DNA from: Octopus vulgaris
Lineage: Eukaryota
Assembly: GCA_951406725.2 (NCBI GenBank)
Contig: OX597829.1
Location: 31,062,001-31,126,000, forward strand
Length of the DNA stretch: 64,000 nucleotides
Direction of reading: 5' to 3'
Positions 11,938-23,980 of this stretch are shown here, piece after piece; the first letter of the stretch is position 1; each line of letters opens with the position of its first letter. The notes below the pieces were generated by a model, which did not search any database, was not told the origin of the DNA, and saw nothing but the letters and a program-made list of their open reading frames with translations. The position numbers were made by a program, and so were the translations under genes.

Positions 11938-13452
11938 ATTTTTTTTTTCTAGTTTCAGCTCAGAGCTGCGGCCATGCTGATGCACTGCCGTTTTGTGCTA
12001 CACTGTTATTGCGACGAACCTCGTCTAATATGTGGCACTTGGTGAAGAATGGAGTTTGATACAGCTACTCTCATTTGCACCTCTTGCCGTGAGGTAGGTT
12101 CATCTGGGACTCTTGACAAAAAGATGTCCAGCTTTGACTTAAAAACCACTACATCTACTTTGTGCAAGTTCCTCAGACTCTTTGGGAGAATATTAAAAAG
12201 CTGTTGGCTCTTGAAACCCAGGCTGTTGCAGAAGCTGGTCCTGAAGTGTGATGGCATTGCTGGGATCTTTGGCACTATGCAGTGTCGTCCCGTTCTAGCA
12301 TTAGTGTAGATTACAATGCCAAAATTTGGCACAATTCCTTCCAGGATCTTCCAGACATATATTACTGCATACCTCTCCCGTCTTCTCTCCAGGGTGTAGA
12401 GTCTTAGCTGTTTCAACCTTTCCCAGTAGCTGAGCTGTTGCAAAGAGACGATCTTCTTTGTGAATCTTCTCAGGATTGCTTCAAGGTCCGCTGTTAATTT
12501 TACACTGGTGGGTGACCATAGCTGTGAGCAGTAATCCAGGCGACTGAGGACGAATGTCCGCCAGAGGACCATCATGGTTTCCTTATCTCTGGTTCTGAAT
12601 GTTCTTAGGATCCACCCAGCCAGTCGTCTGCACTTTGTCGCCATCCTGGTAATGTGCACTTGGAAAGAGGTATCATCACTCATGTCGATACCCAGATCCC
12701 TCACAGACTTAGGCTCTGTGATTGAAATTCCCTGTGGACCGGTGTATCCTGTAAGTTTAATATTCAGTTTTGGATGCTGGTAGTGCAGAGTCTGGAATTT
12801 TTCAGCATTAAACTGCATATTATTATCCTCAGCCCATCTGTAGATTGAGCCCAATACCTGCTGCAGGTGTGCAACATCGCTGGGGTTCTGTATTTTCTGC
12901 GAGACTTTCATATCGTCTGCATAGCTGGCCAGAGTGGCTATCCGGGCATTTGAGGGCATATCTGAGAGGGCCACTATAAAAAGCAGTGGTCCCAAGACAG
13001 TGCCCTGTGGAACACCGCTCACAATTTGTGTATTCATAGAGGTGGCTCCATTAACCACTACTGCCTGACTCCTATCTTTCAGGAAGTCATGCAACCACAC
13101 TCCAAGTTTTCCAGCTATGCCGAGGTCACGTAGTTTGTGGCATATCATACCATGATCCACCTTGTCAAAAGCTTTTGCAAAATCAAGGTAGATTACGTCC
13201 ACATTTGATTTGTTGAGTAACTGCCTCAACACCCAGTCATAATGCTGTAAGAGCTGGGTCAGGCAGCTCCTACCTGGTCGAAAACCATGCTGGGTATTAC
13301 TCAGCAAGTTATTTTCCTCAAGGAATGCGATTAGTTTCTTTCTGACTATCCTTTCCATGACTTTGCTGATGTGTGAAGTCAGAGAGATAGGCCTATAGTT
13401 TTTGGCATCTGCTCTACTTCCCCCTTTATGTATTGGGCACATTATTCCCTCC
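11938..13452 (-). mobile_element. 5'-truncated CR1/L2-group non-LTR retrotransposon
   Basis: RT ORF, then a short 3' UTR, then an A-tail (T run at ~11939-11948). No endonuclease domain is present. Confidence 0.9.
12006..13442 (-). CDS. LINE ORF2 reverse transcriptase, C-terminal 478 aa, uninterrupted
   Basis: NYRPISLTS, QHGFRPGRSCLTQL, YLDFAKAFDKVDH, SGVPQGTVLGP, YADD, RDLG, LDYCSQLWSP, LSYWERLKQLRLYTLERRRER. The start Met is a truncation artefact. Confidence 0.92.
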   Translation of the reverse strand: MCPIHKGGSRADAKNYRPISLTSHISKVMERIVRKKLIAFLEENNLLSNTQHGFRPGRSCLTQLLQHYDWVLRQLLNKSNVDVIYLDFAKAFDKVDHGMICHKLRDLGIAGKLGVWLHDFLKDRSQAVVVNGATSMNTQIVSGVPQGTVLGPLLFIVALSDMPSNARIATLASYADDMKVSQKIQNPSDVAHLQQVLGSIYRWAEDNNMQFNAEKFQTLHYQHPKLNIKLTGYTGPQGISITEPKSVRDLGIDMSDDTSFQVHITRMATKCRRLAGWILRTFRTRDKETMMVLWRTFVLSRLDYCSQLWSPTSVKLTADLEAILRRFTKKIVSLQQLSYWERLKQLRLYTLERRRERYAVIYVWKILEGIVPNFGIVIYTNARTGRHCIVPKIPAMPSHFRTSFCNSLGFKSQQLFNILPKSLRNLHKVDVVVFKSKLDIFLSRVPDEPTSRQEVQMRVAVSNSILHQVPHIRRGSSQ

Positions 13453-13651
13453 TATAATATTATATATATTATATTAATTATATTTATTTTTTGTTTTTTA
13501 TGTTTTGGTTTATGTCTACCACTGTTTGAGTTGCCTAATAGTGGTTTTATCTCTAATTCAATTTATATATATAAGTGTGTATGTATATATATATAATGTT
13601 CTTTTAGAAAGTCATAAATCCAGAGAAGCACATTTTAAGTAGAGCAGTCTA

Positions 13652-13712
13652 TATTAATTACTGGTGAAGACTGGTTTATAGGGTAACCTTATAAACTGGC
13701 CTTCACCAGTAA

Positions 13713-13717
<5 letters not shown>
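13652..13717. repeat. Hairpin, ~28-bp arms
   Basis: ATTAATTACTGGTGAAG..GTTTATA pairs with TATAAAC..CTTCACCAGTAATTAAT. Confidence 0.85.
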
Positions 13718-13755
<38 letters not shown>

Positions 13756-14205
13756 TTCAACAATTGAGGGTATGTTCTTACTTTCAGTGTTTCCAAATCC
13801 AAACCAAGGAGTTTCTGAGCTGAAGATAGAAATGTTGTTTTGACTAATCTTGAAACGTACGTTCTCAAATAACCTTAGCATTTGATTTATTGATGTCCTT
13901 ACCCCCAAACTTTTGTGAGTTGAATTAAGCAAACACTATATATGAGAGAGATTTTCTTTAAGTATTAGAAATAGCTTTAAAAAAGTTTTTTAGCTGCTAT
14001 TTCTAATGAGTTCAGTATGCGGCAAAGTAATTTACTTTACTAAGCCCTTTTATATAATGTAATTATATATATATACATATATATATATATATACACATCA
14101 GAGTAAGTACATAAATGTGAAACATGGTGGAAAAAATAGTACTTGAATACCAGAGGTAGAGTAATATTCTTTATCAATAAGGCTGCAAAGACATCTATCT
14201 TAACC

Positions 14206-14251
14206 AAAACTATCCAACAAACAGGAACGTGAAACTCTGAGTAACAGTTTT
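14206..14251 (+). ncRNA. Decayed type I hammerhead-like motif inside a hairpin element (~14095-14285)
   Basis: AAAACTAT-CCAACAA-ACA ggaa CGT-GAAA-CTC t GAG-TA-ACAGTTTT. The differences from CCGACGA and ACG are CpG-to-CpA changes. Confidence 0.45.
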
Positions 14252-14349
14252 TGTGATGTCTTTGCAGCTATATTAGTAAAGTATATATATATACATATAC
14301 ATACATATACACATATATATATGTGTGTGTGTGTGTGTGTATGTATATG

Positions 14350-14383
<34 letters not shown>

Positions 14384-14389
14384 TGTATG

Positions 14390-14449
<60 letters not shown>

Positions 14450-14518
14450 TTATATGAGTGAATAGACAAACAAAAGAAGGGCAGTCTCACATTTATTGGA
14501 ATTTATATGTAGAGATTG

Positions 14519-14642
14519 AAATAGTTTGATTCAAACTCTGTGGTACTCTGAGTTTCAAGCGTGATGCTAATCTCCAGCCATCACTGAAGTTTAGCACCAT
14601 GCTTGAAACTCAGAGTACCAAGAAGTATGAATCAAACTATTT
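14519..14642. repeat. Palindrome, ~55-bp arms
   Basis: ATAGTTTGATTCA..GGTACTCTGAGTTTCAAGC pairs with GCTTGAAACTCAGAGTACC..TGAATCAAACTAT. Confidence 0.88.
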
Positions 14643-14654
14643 TAGTTGTAAGTG

Positions 14655-14845
14655 AGTATCACATCATACAAGTGGTGTCATTTATTTCAAATCTTCCATG
14701 AAAACATGTCTGGCCATGGGAAACATTGCCTTGCTTGGATACAGGGGAGAGTTGACAACAGGAAGGGCATCAAGCCATAGAAAATCTGCTTCAACAAGTT
14801 CTACCCTACCCATGTCAGCATGAAAAAGTGGATGTTAAATATGTT
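14655..14845 (+). mobile_element. Older SINE-like family with an RTE-type 3' end
   Basis: CTTCCATGAAAACATGTC..AGGAAGGGCATC..GCATGAAAAAGTGGATGTTAAAT. Homologues at ~29530-29755 (-), 39860-40090 (-) and 50230-50450 (+). Confidence 0.65.
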
Positions 14846-15719
14846 GATAACAATATAAGTGTATGTTTACACACACCACACTTACACACACATATTCATA
14901 CATATAAACATGCATACACATACTGGACACATACCTACACACATATATAGTTATATTTATACGTTTCCATTATACAAGTGTAGCAGATTAGTTTTCTGCA
15001 AATTTATATGTTTTGATATGATTGCTAGAAAACATCTTTCACAAAACATTCATTCTTCTCCATAGAGATAAGTGAATTTTTTACAAATGTCAATCAGACA
15101 ATGTAGAGATTTAATTTCTAAAATGTAGATTAAAGAAATAAAAAGGATTGCTGAAACCAATGAGTGAAATATAATGAGTTAGCCAGTTACAGTTGTAAGA
15201 GAAAATATTTTTGTAGAGGAAAATTATCTTGATAATTTACATAAATGCAGTCAGTTACCTAAATTTTCAGAAGGATAAATGCAACAAGAAGAAGGGCAAA
15301 TGCAACAGAAGAATAAATTAAAAAAGAAAACTGAAAATAATGAAGAGTTAAGATAAAGAAAGAAAAAGACTGTAGAATAGGAAGTGGGGGTTGAAAGAAG
15401 CATAAATAAAGGCCAGAGTTGACATTGTTTGAAGTTAGAGATAGGAAAATTACATGAAATTCAAATGGTCTGTACTGGTTCATTTCAAGTTTAGGGATGT
15501 GAGGTATGAGATGTAAAAATAATGGAAATAATGTTGCTGTAAATACAGTTATCCTTCAGTTTACATGGTGCTTGGTTTGGGCTGATTTTGTTTCTTAGTC
15601 AATCAATGAGTCCATGGAACACTGAGTATCATTAAGAATATTCATTGAGATTTCAAATAAATTAATTGCATATGTCTATCAAGAACAATTCACAAACATG
15701 TTTGGTAAATGATTTGAAA

Positions 15720-16222
15720 TAATGGATGAGGATAGCTGTATAAAAAAAAAAGTGCTGAGTTCTAATAGTGGAGGGTACCTGTGGAAGGGATAGATCCAGG
15801 AAGACACGGGATGAAGTGATGAGAAAGGATCTTTGGATGCTGGGCTTCACTGAGTAAATGACTAGAGACCAGGAAACGTCATGATTTGATGTACTTCATA
15901 AGACACATCGAGCTAAGTAAAATCGCTGTCTTCTACATATAGAGGCTTGGCCTTTCAGGTGCTGGTGCCACTTAAAAAGCACCGATGCCAGTGCTGCTTT
16001 TACGCACCTGTGCTGGTGCTGCATAAAGGCACTCTTGCTGACGGCATGTAAAAAGCACCCAGCAGACTCTGTTAAGTGGTTAGCGTTAGGAAGGGTATCC
16101 AGCTGTAGAAACTATGCCACAACAGACAGTTGGAGTCTGGACAGTTCCCTGCTAGTCAGCTCCATGTCAAACCATCCAACTCATGCCGGCATGGAGAGTG
16201 GATGTTAAACAACGATGATGAT
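15720..16222 (+). mobile_element. RTE LINE 3' end (ORF2 end, UTR and (GAT)n tail)
   Basis: GAGGGTACCTGTGGAAGGG..CCAGGAAGAC (EGTCGRG-R-PRKT), then the shared tail. Confidence 0.8.
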
Positions 16223-16269
16223 ACATTATTTACATTTGACAGATATTTGTCTGCATCTTGCTTGTTGTT

Positions 16270-16312
16270 AACACGTTTCAGCTGATATACCCTCCAGCCT
16301 TCATCAGGTGTC
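16270..16312 (-). ncRNA. Hammerhead-like motif lacking the UH cleavage site
   Basis: Minus strand reads GACAC-CTGATGA-A-GGCTG gagggtatat CAGCT-GAAA-C-GTGTT. Stems I and II are intact; the stem III/cleavage triplet is missing. Confidence 0.5.
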
Positions 16313-16486
16313 TTGGGGAAATTTTGAACCTGGGTTCTCATTCCTAAGCTATTTTTTAAAGTTTTTATTATTATTATTATTATTATTATTCAGGTCATTG
16401 CCTAGAATCGAACTCAGAATCTTAGGGTTAGTAGTCTGTGCTCTTAACCATTACACCATATGCCTGCATGTATGTGTGTGTGTGTG

Positions 16487-16575
<89 letters not shown>

Positions 16576-16938
16576 ACTAACATGTGATATCAAGACAAGT
16601 AGACAGTAACACCACCAACCAAATATGTGTGCATGTGTACGTATGTATGTATGTATGTTTCTTTGTTTGTCCCCTACCACTGCCGGATAACTGGTGTTGG
16701 CTTGTTTGCATCTCCATACCTTAATGGTTTGGCAGAAGAGATAGAATAAGTATCAATCTTCAAAAAAGTAAGTACAGTGGTTGATTTACTTGATTAAATC
16801 CCTCCAAGGTGACACCCAGCAAGGCTGCAATCCAATGACTGAGACAAGAAAAAAATAAAAATTCTGTGTGTGTGTGTGTGTGAATGTATATATATATATA
16901 TATGTGCATATATATATATATATATATGTGCATATATA

Positions 16939-18205
16939 TTGGGTCATCCCATTGATAATGCATTTTTTAAATACTTCTTTTATTTTTCAAAATTAAGATA
17001 AACAAAGTACTTTTTTAACCTAAAATATTCTCTGTTTCATTTTCTACAATGTTCTTCCATCTATCTGATAGACTTGCAAAGCCCCTCTTCCAAAATTCAC
17101 TTGTCCATGATAAAAAGTACTGTTCTGATCTTGTTTACAGAATTCATATTTTTTTTATGCCCAAATGATTTTGAAGACTGCAGAATAAATGAAAATCAGA
17201 TGGGACAACGTCCAGTGAATATGGTGGGTGGGTGGGGCATCATTTCCCATTCAAACTGCTCCAGCCTTTGAATTGTCGACCTTGCTGTATGTGGCCAAAC
17301 ATTATCCTGATGGAAGAACACCTTTCCTCTTGAAATCAAAGATGGTTGTTTCTCTTCTAGTGCTGTCTTAAGCCACTAAAGTTGCTCACAGTAGATCTTT
17401 GTTATCATTTGGTTTGGGTTTAATAGTTCAAAGTGGACTATACCTTTCATATCCCACCAAACAGATAACAACACCTTATGTGGGTAAAGATCTTCCTTAG
17501 CCTGGGGTGCCAGTGTTTCTCTTTCCCCCACCCACTATCTTCGGCACATGACATTTTAATAGGGAACCCATTTCTTGTCACCAGTCATTATTCAGTCCAA
17601 AAAAAGGTTCATTCACGAGATGTGACCGCAAAGAAGAGCACACATTCACTCTCTGTGCACAATTAGACACAGAAAGTTTGTGAGGAACCCATTGACCCAA
17701 TATGCTGATTTTTCGATGGCACACAGGTGTCAATGAATGGTTGAGTGATCAAATCCAAATTTCTCTGCTAGTTTCTCAACAGTTATGATGGGATTTTGTT
17801 CCACCAGATTTTGCAGGATGTCCTCATCGAGTTCTACAGATCTTTTAAGATGAGACTCATCTTTTAGGCAGTAATTTCCAATTCAGAATTTCTGGAACCG
17901 CTGTTGACACTGGCTTACACTTATTGCCCGATCCCCATTAATATTCCTCACACTTTCTGTTGCATTGTTGCTATTATTGAACTCATAAAGCAAAATATGC
18001 CAAATATGCTCCTTTGTCACTTTGCATTATAGCTTTGAAAGAATAACTGTTAAAATTGAACTGCACTCTTCAAAACTTGCACTAAGAATAAGCACAAGGT
18101 AAAATTACTACCTGCTTTTATAGCAAGTTGATGCAGGTAGTAAATCCCATCCCACTCCAACTTTTAGTTCATGCGATTGAAAAAACTGCATTATTGATGA
18201 TCCAA
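16939..18205 (-). mobile_element. Degenerate full-length mariner transposon
   Basis: TIR TTGGGTCATCCCATTGATAATGC and its reverse complement at ~18185-18205. Transposase remnants (LVTRNGF ~ IVTGDEKW region). Same family as 58610-59836. Confidence 0.85.
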
Positions 18206-18219
18206 TGTGTGTGTGTACT

Positions 18220-18250
<31 letters not shown>

Positions 18251-18251
18251 A

Positions 18252-18410
18252 AGTTTCAGTTTCCATCTACCAAATCCACTCACAAGGCTTTGGTCTGCTC
18301 GATGCTATAGTAGAAGACACTTCACTTGCTTGAGGTGCCACTCAGTGGAACTGAACCCAGAAACATGTGGTTGGTAAGCAAGCTACTTACCACACAGTCA
18401 CTCCTGTGCC
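18252..18410 (-). mobile_element. SINE family 1 (5' half)
   Basis: Reverse complement of the family 1 head. Confidence 0.8.
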
Positions 18411-18621
18411 TGTGCCTATAAGGTTAAATAAAATAGAATAAAGTAAAGCAATATTGTTATATTTCAGGATGGTCATTTTTTTTTTTTGCCAAATAAATAC
18501 ATACACTATATGTTCACTCTTCGCTTATTCATTACTGTTCTTATAAAACAGTAATAAACGAGTGAAGAATGAATATGTAGACAGGGTGTATTTATTTGGT
18601 AAAAAAAAATGTAAGTAGCTA

Positions 18622-19255
18622 TAGGCGTAGGAGTGGCTGTATGGTAAGTGGCTTGCTTACGAACCACATCGTATATATGTATATATCCGTTCGTGTCCGC
18701 TGCCAGCCTCGCCTGGCCCCCGTGCCGGTGGCACGTAAAAGCACCATCCGTTCGTGTCCGTTGCCAGCCTTGCCTGGCCCCTGTGCCGGTGGCACGTAAA
18801 AGCACCATCCGTTCATGGCCGTTTGCCAGCTCTGTCTGGCACCTGTGCAGGTGGCACGTAAAAAGCACCCACTACACTCACGGAGTGGTTGGCGTTAGGA
18901 AGGGCATCCAGCCGTAGAAACACTGCCGGATCTGACTGGGCCTGATGAAGCCTTCCGGCTTCACAGACCCCAGTTGAACCGTCCAACCCATGCTAGCAAG
19001 GAAAACGGACGCTAAATGATGATGATGATGATGATGATGTGTGTGTGCATATGTTTGTGTGCCTGTGTTTGAACCCCCAACATTGCTTGATAACCGATGC
19101 TGGTGTGTATATGTCCCCGTAACTTAGCAGTTCGGCAAAAGAGACCGATAGAATAAGTACTAGGCTTACAAAGAATAAGTCTTGGGGTCGATTTGCTCGA
19201 CTAAAGGCAGTGCTCCAGCATGGCCACAGTCAAATAACTGAAACAAGTAAAAGAG
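18622..19255 (+). mobile_element. SINE family 1 copy interrupted by an RTE 3' tail (18686-19038)
   Basis: Head 18622-18669, then RTE tail with ~3 minisatellite units and (GAT)n, then the SINE 3' half 19040-19255. Confidence 0.8.
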
Positions 19256-19486
19256 TATCCCAAAATATAATATCTGTTGCAATACAAGCGCATAAACAAA
19301 AATAAAACAAGTCGTATCTAAATCAGTTGTGGGTTTATGGTGTGTGGTATAGACTAGAAGAAAACTGAATGTTTAATCAATTATTCACCTTCAGCACTTG
19401 TAATATTTTTATGTCTTATCAATTGTTAGAAAATGAAAGAGTCAGAAGGTGCACCATGAAGAGACTGGCATGGATTGTTCAGGTTT

Positions 19487-19900
19487 ATTCTTATTTCTTT
19501 ATTGCCCACAAGGGGCTAAACATAGAGGGGACAAACAAGGATAGACAAAAGGATTACATTGACCCCAGTGTGTAACTGGTACTTAATTTATCGATTCCGA
19601 AAGGATGAAAGGCAAAGTTGACCTCGGCGGAATTTGAACTCAGAACGTAGCGGCAGATGCAAATACCTATTTCTTTACTACCCACAAGGGGCTAAACACA
19701 GAGAGGACAAACAAGGACAGACAAACGGATTAAGTCGATTACATTGACCCCAGTGCTCAACTGGTACTTATTTAATCGACCTTGAAAGGATGAAAGGCAA
19801 AGTTGACCTCGGCGGAATTTGAACTCAGAACATAGCGGCAGATGAAATAACTGCTAAGCATTTCGACCGTCATGCTAACACTTCTGCCAGCTCACCACCT
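19487..19900 (-). mobile_element. SINE family 2, head-to-tail dimer
   Basis: Two units; the minus strand has a B-box-like GAGTTCAAATTCC and a central GCCTTTCATCCTTTCG domain. Confidence 0.85.
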
Positions 19901-20214
19901 TCACCCAGGTCTATTCTCCTAGATCACTTGGGGTGGGGATGGGTAACATCCTATAGGTAAACTTCATTTTTGGCTTGGTTTCCATGGTAGAAATGTCTTT
20001 CCTTAACACCAACCACTTCAACGAATGCACTGGGTGCAATTTTTTTTTTTTTCTGTGCGTGACATTGGCACTAGAGAAATAGACATGATAAGATAAGAAA
20101 ATCTTCACAAGTCTACACATAACAAACACACACACCACACCACACCACACCTCACACACACAAATACATCGTGGGCTAAATATAGTTGGATTCTAAGTAA
20201 GAAGGAATGTAAAA

Positions 20215-20535
20215 AGTAAAGACCCCCTTCGGTCATGAATGACCATGGGATTGCACCTAGAAAGTTACCCCCTGAGGTACAAGTCTGGGCAAGGTTGTTA
20301 ATGGAAGACCAGCAGTTGCCCATGCATACCAGCCTCCCCTCTTCATGCTACCAATGTTATCCAAGGGAAAGGCAAAGGCCGATACAACTTGGCAGCAGTG
20401 ATGTCGCAACTCATTTCTACAGCTCAGTGAACTGGAGCAACATGAAATAAAGTGTCTTGCTCAAGAACACAACACACAACCTGGTCTGGGAACTGAACTC
20501 ACTACATCATAATGCTCAGACTGAGCCATGTGCCT
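20215..20535 (-). mobile_element. tRNA-derived SINE family 4
   Basis: Homologous to 63275-63590. Related heads at 47260-47500 (-), 55730-55925 (+) and 62335-62545 (+). Confidence 0.8.
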
Positions 20536-20699
20536 AAGGAATGAGAATAAGGGTTAATATGTGGTGGTTGTGGTGGTGGGGCACAATATAGGTGATCAAA
20601 GAAAGAAACATGGGATGGATTAGTCTGACAGACCTATGCATAAGTGGTAAGTAGCTGATCAGTTACTAGGAGTATAGGCCCTTGTAGTAGTGGAAGTGA

Positions 20700-20900
20700 C
20701 AGGAAAAGGTAGTGGGAGAGAAGAACACATATCTACAGGCTAGAAATTGTAGTGTGCCAATGGGACTTTGCCAATATGTCAGATAACCTGCTTTTGGTGC
20801 TAGTTTTCTATGTTTACATGTCTAGTAATGGTACCATCCCAGATGTGGGAGCTGTATTCCATTGTGTGTCCCATTCACACTTGTTTGCAGAAAGTTAACT
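20700..20900 (-). pseudogene. Highly degenerate LINE ORF2 C-terminal fragment
   Basis: Minus strand ATGGAATACAGCTCCCACATCTGGGATGGT encodes MEYSSHIWDG, resembling the EYxSxxW motif of Jockey/CR1-group LINEs. Confidence 0.4.
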
Positions 20901-21289
20901 ATAGGGAGCTGTTGTAATTACTGACTCTGAAGAGGAAGAAGAATATTTGAGACAGAGTGTTAGCTACGCTGTGAATATGGGATCATGAAGGTATGTGAGT
21001 GTGTGGGAGGGGTTAGCAGTCAGACTGTTGGAGTCCTGATCATAAGGTTGTTGGTTCAATTCTTAACTCAGGAAACATGTTGGAAAAGTATGTATTAATT
21101 TGAAATTCACTCAGTTGGAAAAGTTTAGTTGTGTCATTTGCTGCAGAGTGGTATGCTGCATACCATTCTGCAGCAAAGGACCCCAAAATCTTTCAAATGT
21201 GAGAGGTCAGTGGTCTTTGCTGATTATTGCACATAGAATGAAAGTGATGAGGATAACGACAATGGTCGTGGTGGTGGTTATGATAATTT

Positions 21290-21897
21290 ATTTTTTCCTA
21301 ATCTAGGCACAAGGCCCAAAATTTTGGGGGAGGGAGCCAGTTGATTAGATCAACCTCAGTCTGCAACTGGTACTTAATTCATCAACCCCGAAAGGATGAA
21401 ATGCAAAGCCAGCATTGGCAGAATTAGAACTCAGAACATAAAGGCAGAAGAAATACCTATTTCTTTACTACCCACAAGGGGCTAAACACAGAGAGGGCAA
21501 ACAAGGACAGACAAACAGATTAAGTCGATTATATCAACCTCAGTGCGTAACTGGTACTTATTTAATCAACCCCGAAAGGATGAAAGGCAAAGTTGACCTC
21601 GGCGGAACTTGAACTCAGAACATAATGGCAGACGAAATACCGCAAAGCATTTCGCCCGGTGTGATAACGTTTCTTCTTTCTTTATTGCCCACAAGGGGCT
21701 AAACATGGAGGGGACAGACAAAGGGATTAAGTCGATTACATCAACCCCAGTGTGTAACTGGTACTTAATTTATCGACCCCGACAGGATGAAACGCAAAGT
21801 TGACCTCAGTAGAATTTGAACTCAGAATGTAACGGCAGACGAAATACCGCAAAGCATTTTGCCCGGCGTGCTAACGTTTCTACCAGCTCACCACCTT
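21290..21897 (-). mobile_element. SINE family 2, three units in tandem
   Basis: AACTGGTACTTA..GGATGAAA..GAACTCAGAA occurs three times. Confidence 0.85.
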
Positions 21898-22949
21898 AGT
21901 GGTTGGTTATGATAAAAATCATGATGATGAAGAGGAAGAGGTATTTGTAAACAGATTGGGAACGGTCAAGTGTAGCATTTGTAGCAACATTGGTTTGAGT
22001 TTTAATTTTGGAGGAAAGCGCTAGCTGACCATAGCTGAGATATATATTCCTCCCCCACCCCCACTTAAAAGAAGAGAAACCTGGCTGGTTGGCCTACCGA
22101 ATGTGGAGCTCTCAACTGATTATCTGTCTGGCTCATACAAAAAAAAAAATGACCTCACATTATTCTCTCTTGTCATATCAGGCTCTTTTATTCTTATTCC
22201 AAAACATGACTTTTCATTCGCAGATCCCTCCCTATCTCTCTTTCTTTCTCTCCTTTTTCTACAACTTGCCCTACATAATATTTATCTTTTTATTACAATT
22301 GACCTCTTATCTTACAACAGTTATTATTCTCTATCCCTTTTACTCTCTCAATTTTTTTTACCTCTCATTAATTCTTACTCATTCTCACTCTATCTCTTTC
22401 TTTCTCGAATTTTCACTTATTCTCTCCCTATCTTTTCCTCTCTAAAACTTTTTACTCATCCTCACTCTGTCTTTTTTTTCTCTCTTGAATGTTCACCCTT
22501 TCTCTTTTCTTCTTGAATGTTCACCCTTTCCCTTTTTATTTTGACATACTATTCTCTTTCTTTATTTTTTACTTCACCCCTTACTCTACTCTCTCTCTCT
22601 CTCTGTTTACCTTCATTTTTCTCATAATACATCTCTGTTTCCCCTCTTTATCTTTTCATCTCAGACTTTAGTCTTCCCTCTTTATCCATCTCTAAACATA
22701 TCTCTCTCTCTCTCTCTCCCTTTCTCTCCTTAGCTATATTCACTCTTTCTAATTGTTGATCCATTTCTCAAAAGCTGGCTGTTCAATCTACATAATTTAC
22801 TTACTTTTCTTCTTTCTTTCTTTCTTTCTTTCTTCCTCTAGCTTACCCATCTATTAACTCTTTGCTTTCGATTCTCTCACTCTGCTACTTGTCCCGCTTT
22901 CTCTCTCTCTCTCTCTCTTTGCTACTAACACTATTTTCATCATCAAATC

Positions 22950-23181
22950 CTCTACCATTATCACTACTACAACTACTATTTAAATCACCACTACCACCAC
23001 CACCACCACCACTACTACTACTATTACAACTACTACTTCTACTACTACTACCACCACCACCACCACCACCACGACTACCACTACTACTACTACTACCACC
23101 ACCACCACGACTACCACCACAACAACCACTACTACTACTACTACCACCCCAACTACTAACACCCCTACTACTGCCACCACC

Positions 23182-23228
<47 letters not shown>
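22950..23228. repeat. (CCA/CTA)n trinucleotide tract
   Basis: Directly visible. Confidence 0.95.
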
Positions 23229-23549
23229 ATGACCAGTCCTGTTAAATAACCTCTGCTATTTTACTTCTTCAGCTAAATGAGATGTAATTACAACTGAACT
23301 GACCGTAATTCATACAGCAAAGGTAAACAAGTAAACAAACAAAAACAAATAAACAAGCAAATAAGATAAATAAGATAAATAATTAAATGATACATTGTCT
23401 TTTATTTGTTTGTTCTCGGGTTGTTGAAACTGAAGCAGTGGAGGTGGCGGGGGTGGAGGAAGAGGTGTATGTTACATCCACCTTTCACATGCAACCACCA
23501 CCCCCGCACCCCCACCCAAACTGGTCACAGCGCCACCCAGGTAAATACA

Positions 23550-23946
23550 CAATAATGATGATTATAATGGTGATGATGATAATGACAGTGATGATGATGA
23601 TGATGATAATAGTGGTGGTGGTGGTTCTAACGATGATGTTCATAATAATGATGATAATTATGATGAAAATGGTGTGGTGGTGGTGGTGGTGGTAATGGTT
23701 GTGAGTAATGATGATGATGATCATCACCATCATCATAGTTGTAGTGGTGGTGATGGTAACGATGGTGATGATGATGGTGGTGGTTGTGACAATTATGATG
23801 ATGATGATGGTAGTTGTGGTGGTGGTAGATGTAGTAATAAAGATGAAGATGGTGGTGGTAATAATGATGATGATGGTCTTGGTTATAATGATGATGATAA
23901 CATGGGTGGTTGTGGTGGTGGTGATGATGTGAGAGTGTGGCAGTGA

Positions 23947-23980
<34 letters not shown>

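Larger units (their letters stand above)
11575..13572. repeat. AT-rich fold-back element, centre ~11800, right arm split by a LINE
   Basis: AATTAGAGATAAAACCACTATTAGGCAACTCAAACAGTG (~11597-11634) has its reverse complement at ~13519-13558. Confidence 0.85.

Noticed and set aside
18942-18970. CTGATGA-AGCC ttcc GGCT in the RTE tail (also ~54693) as a hammerhead
   Set aside because: No GAAA follows stem II, and other copies read CTGGTGCAGCC.
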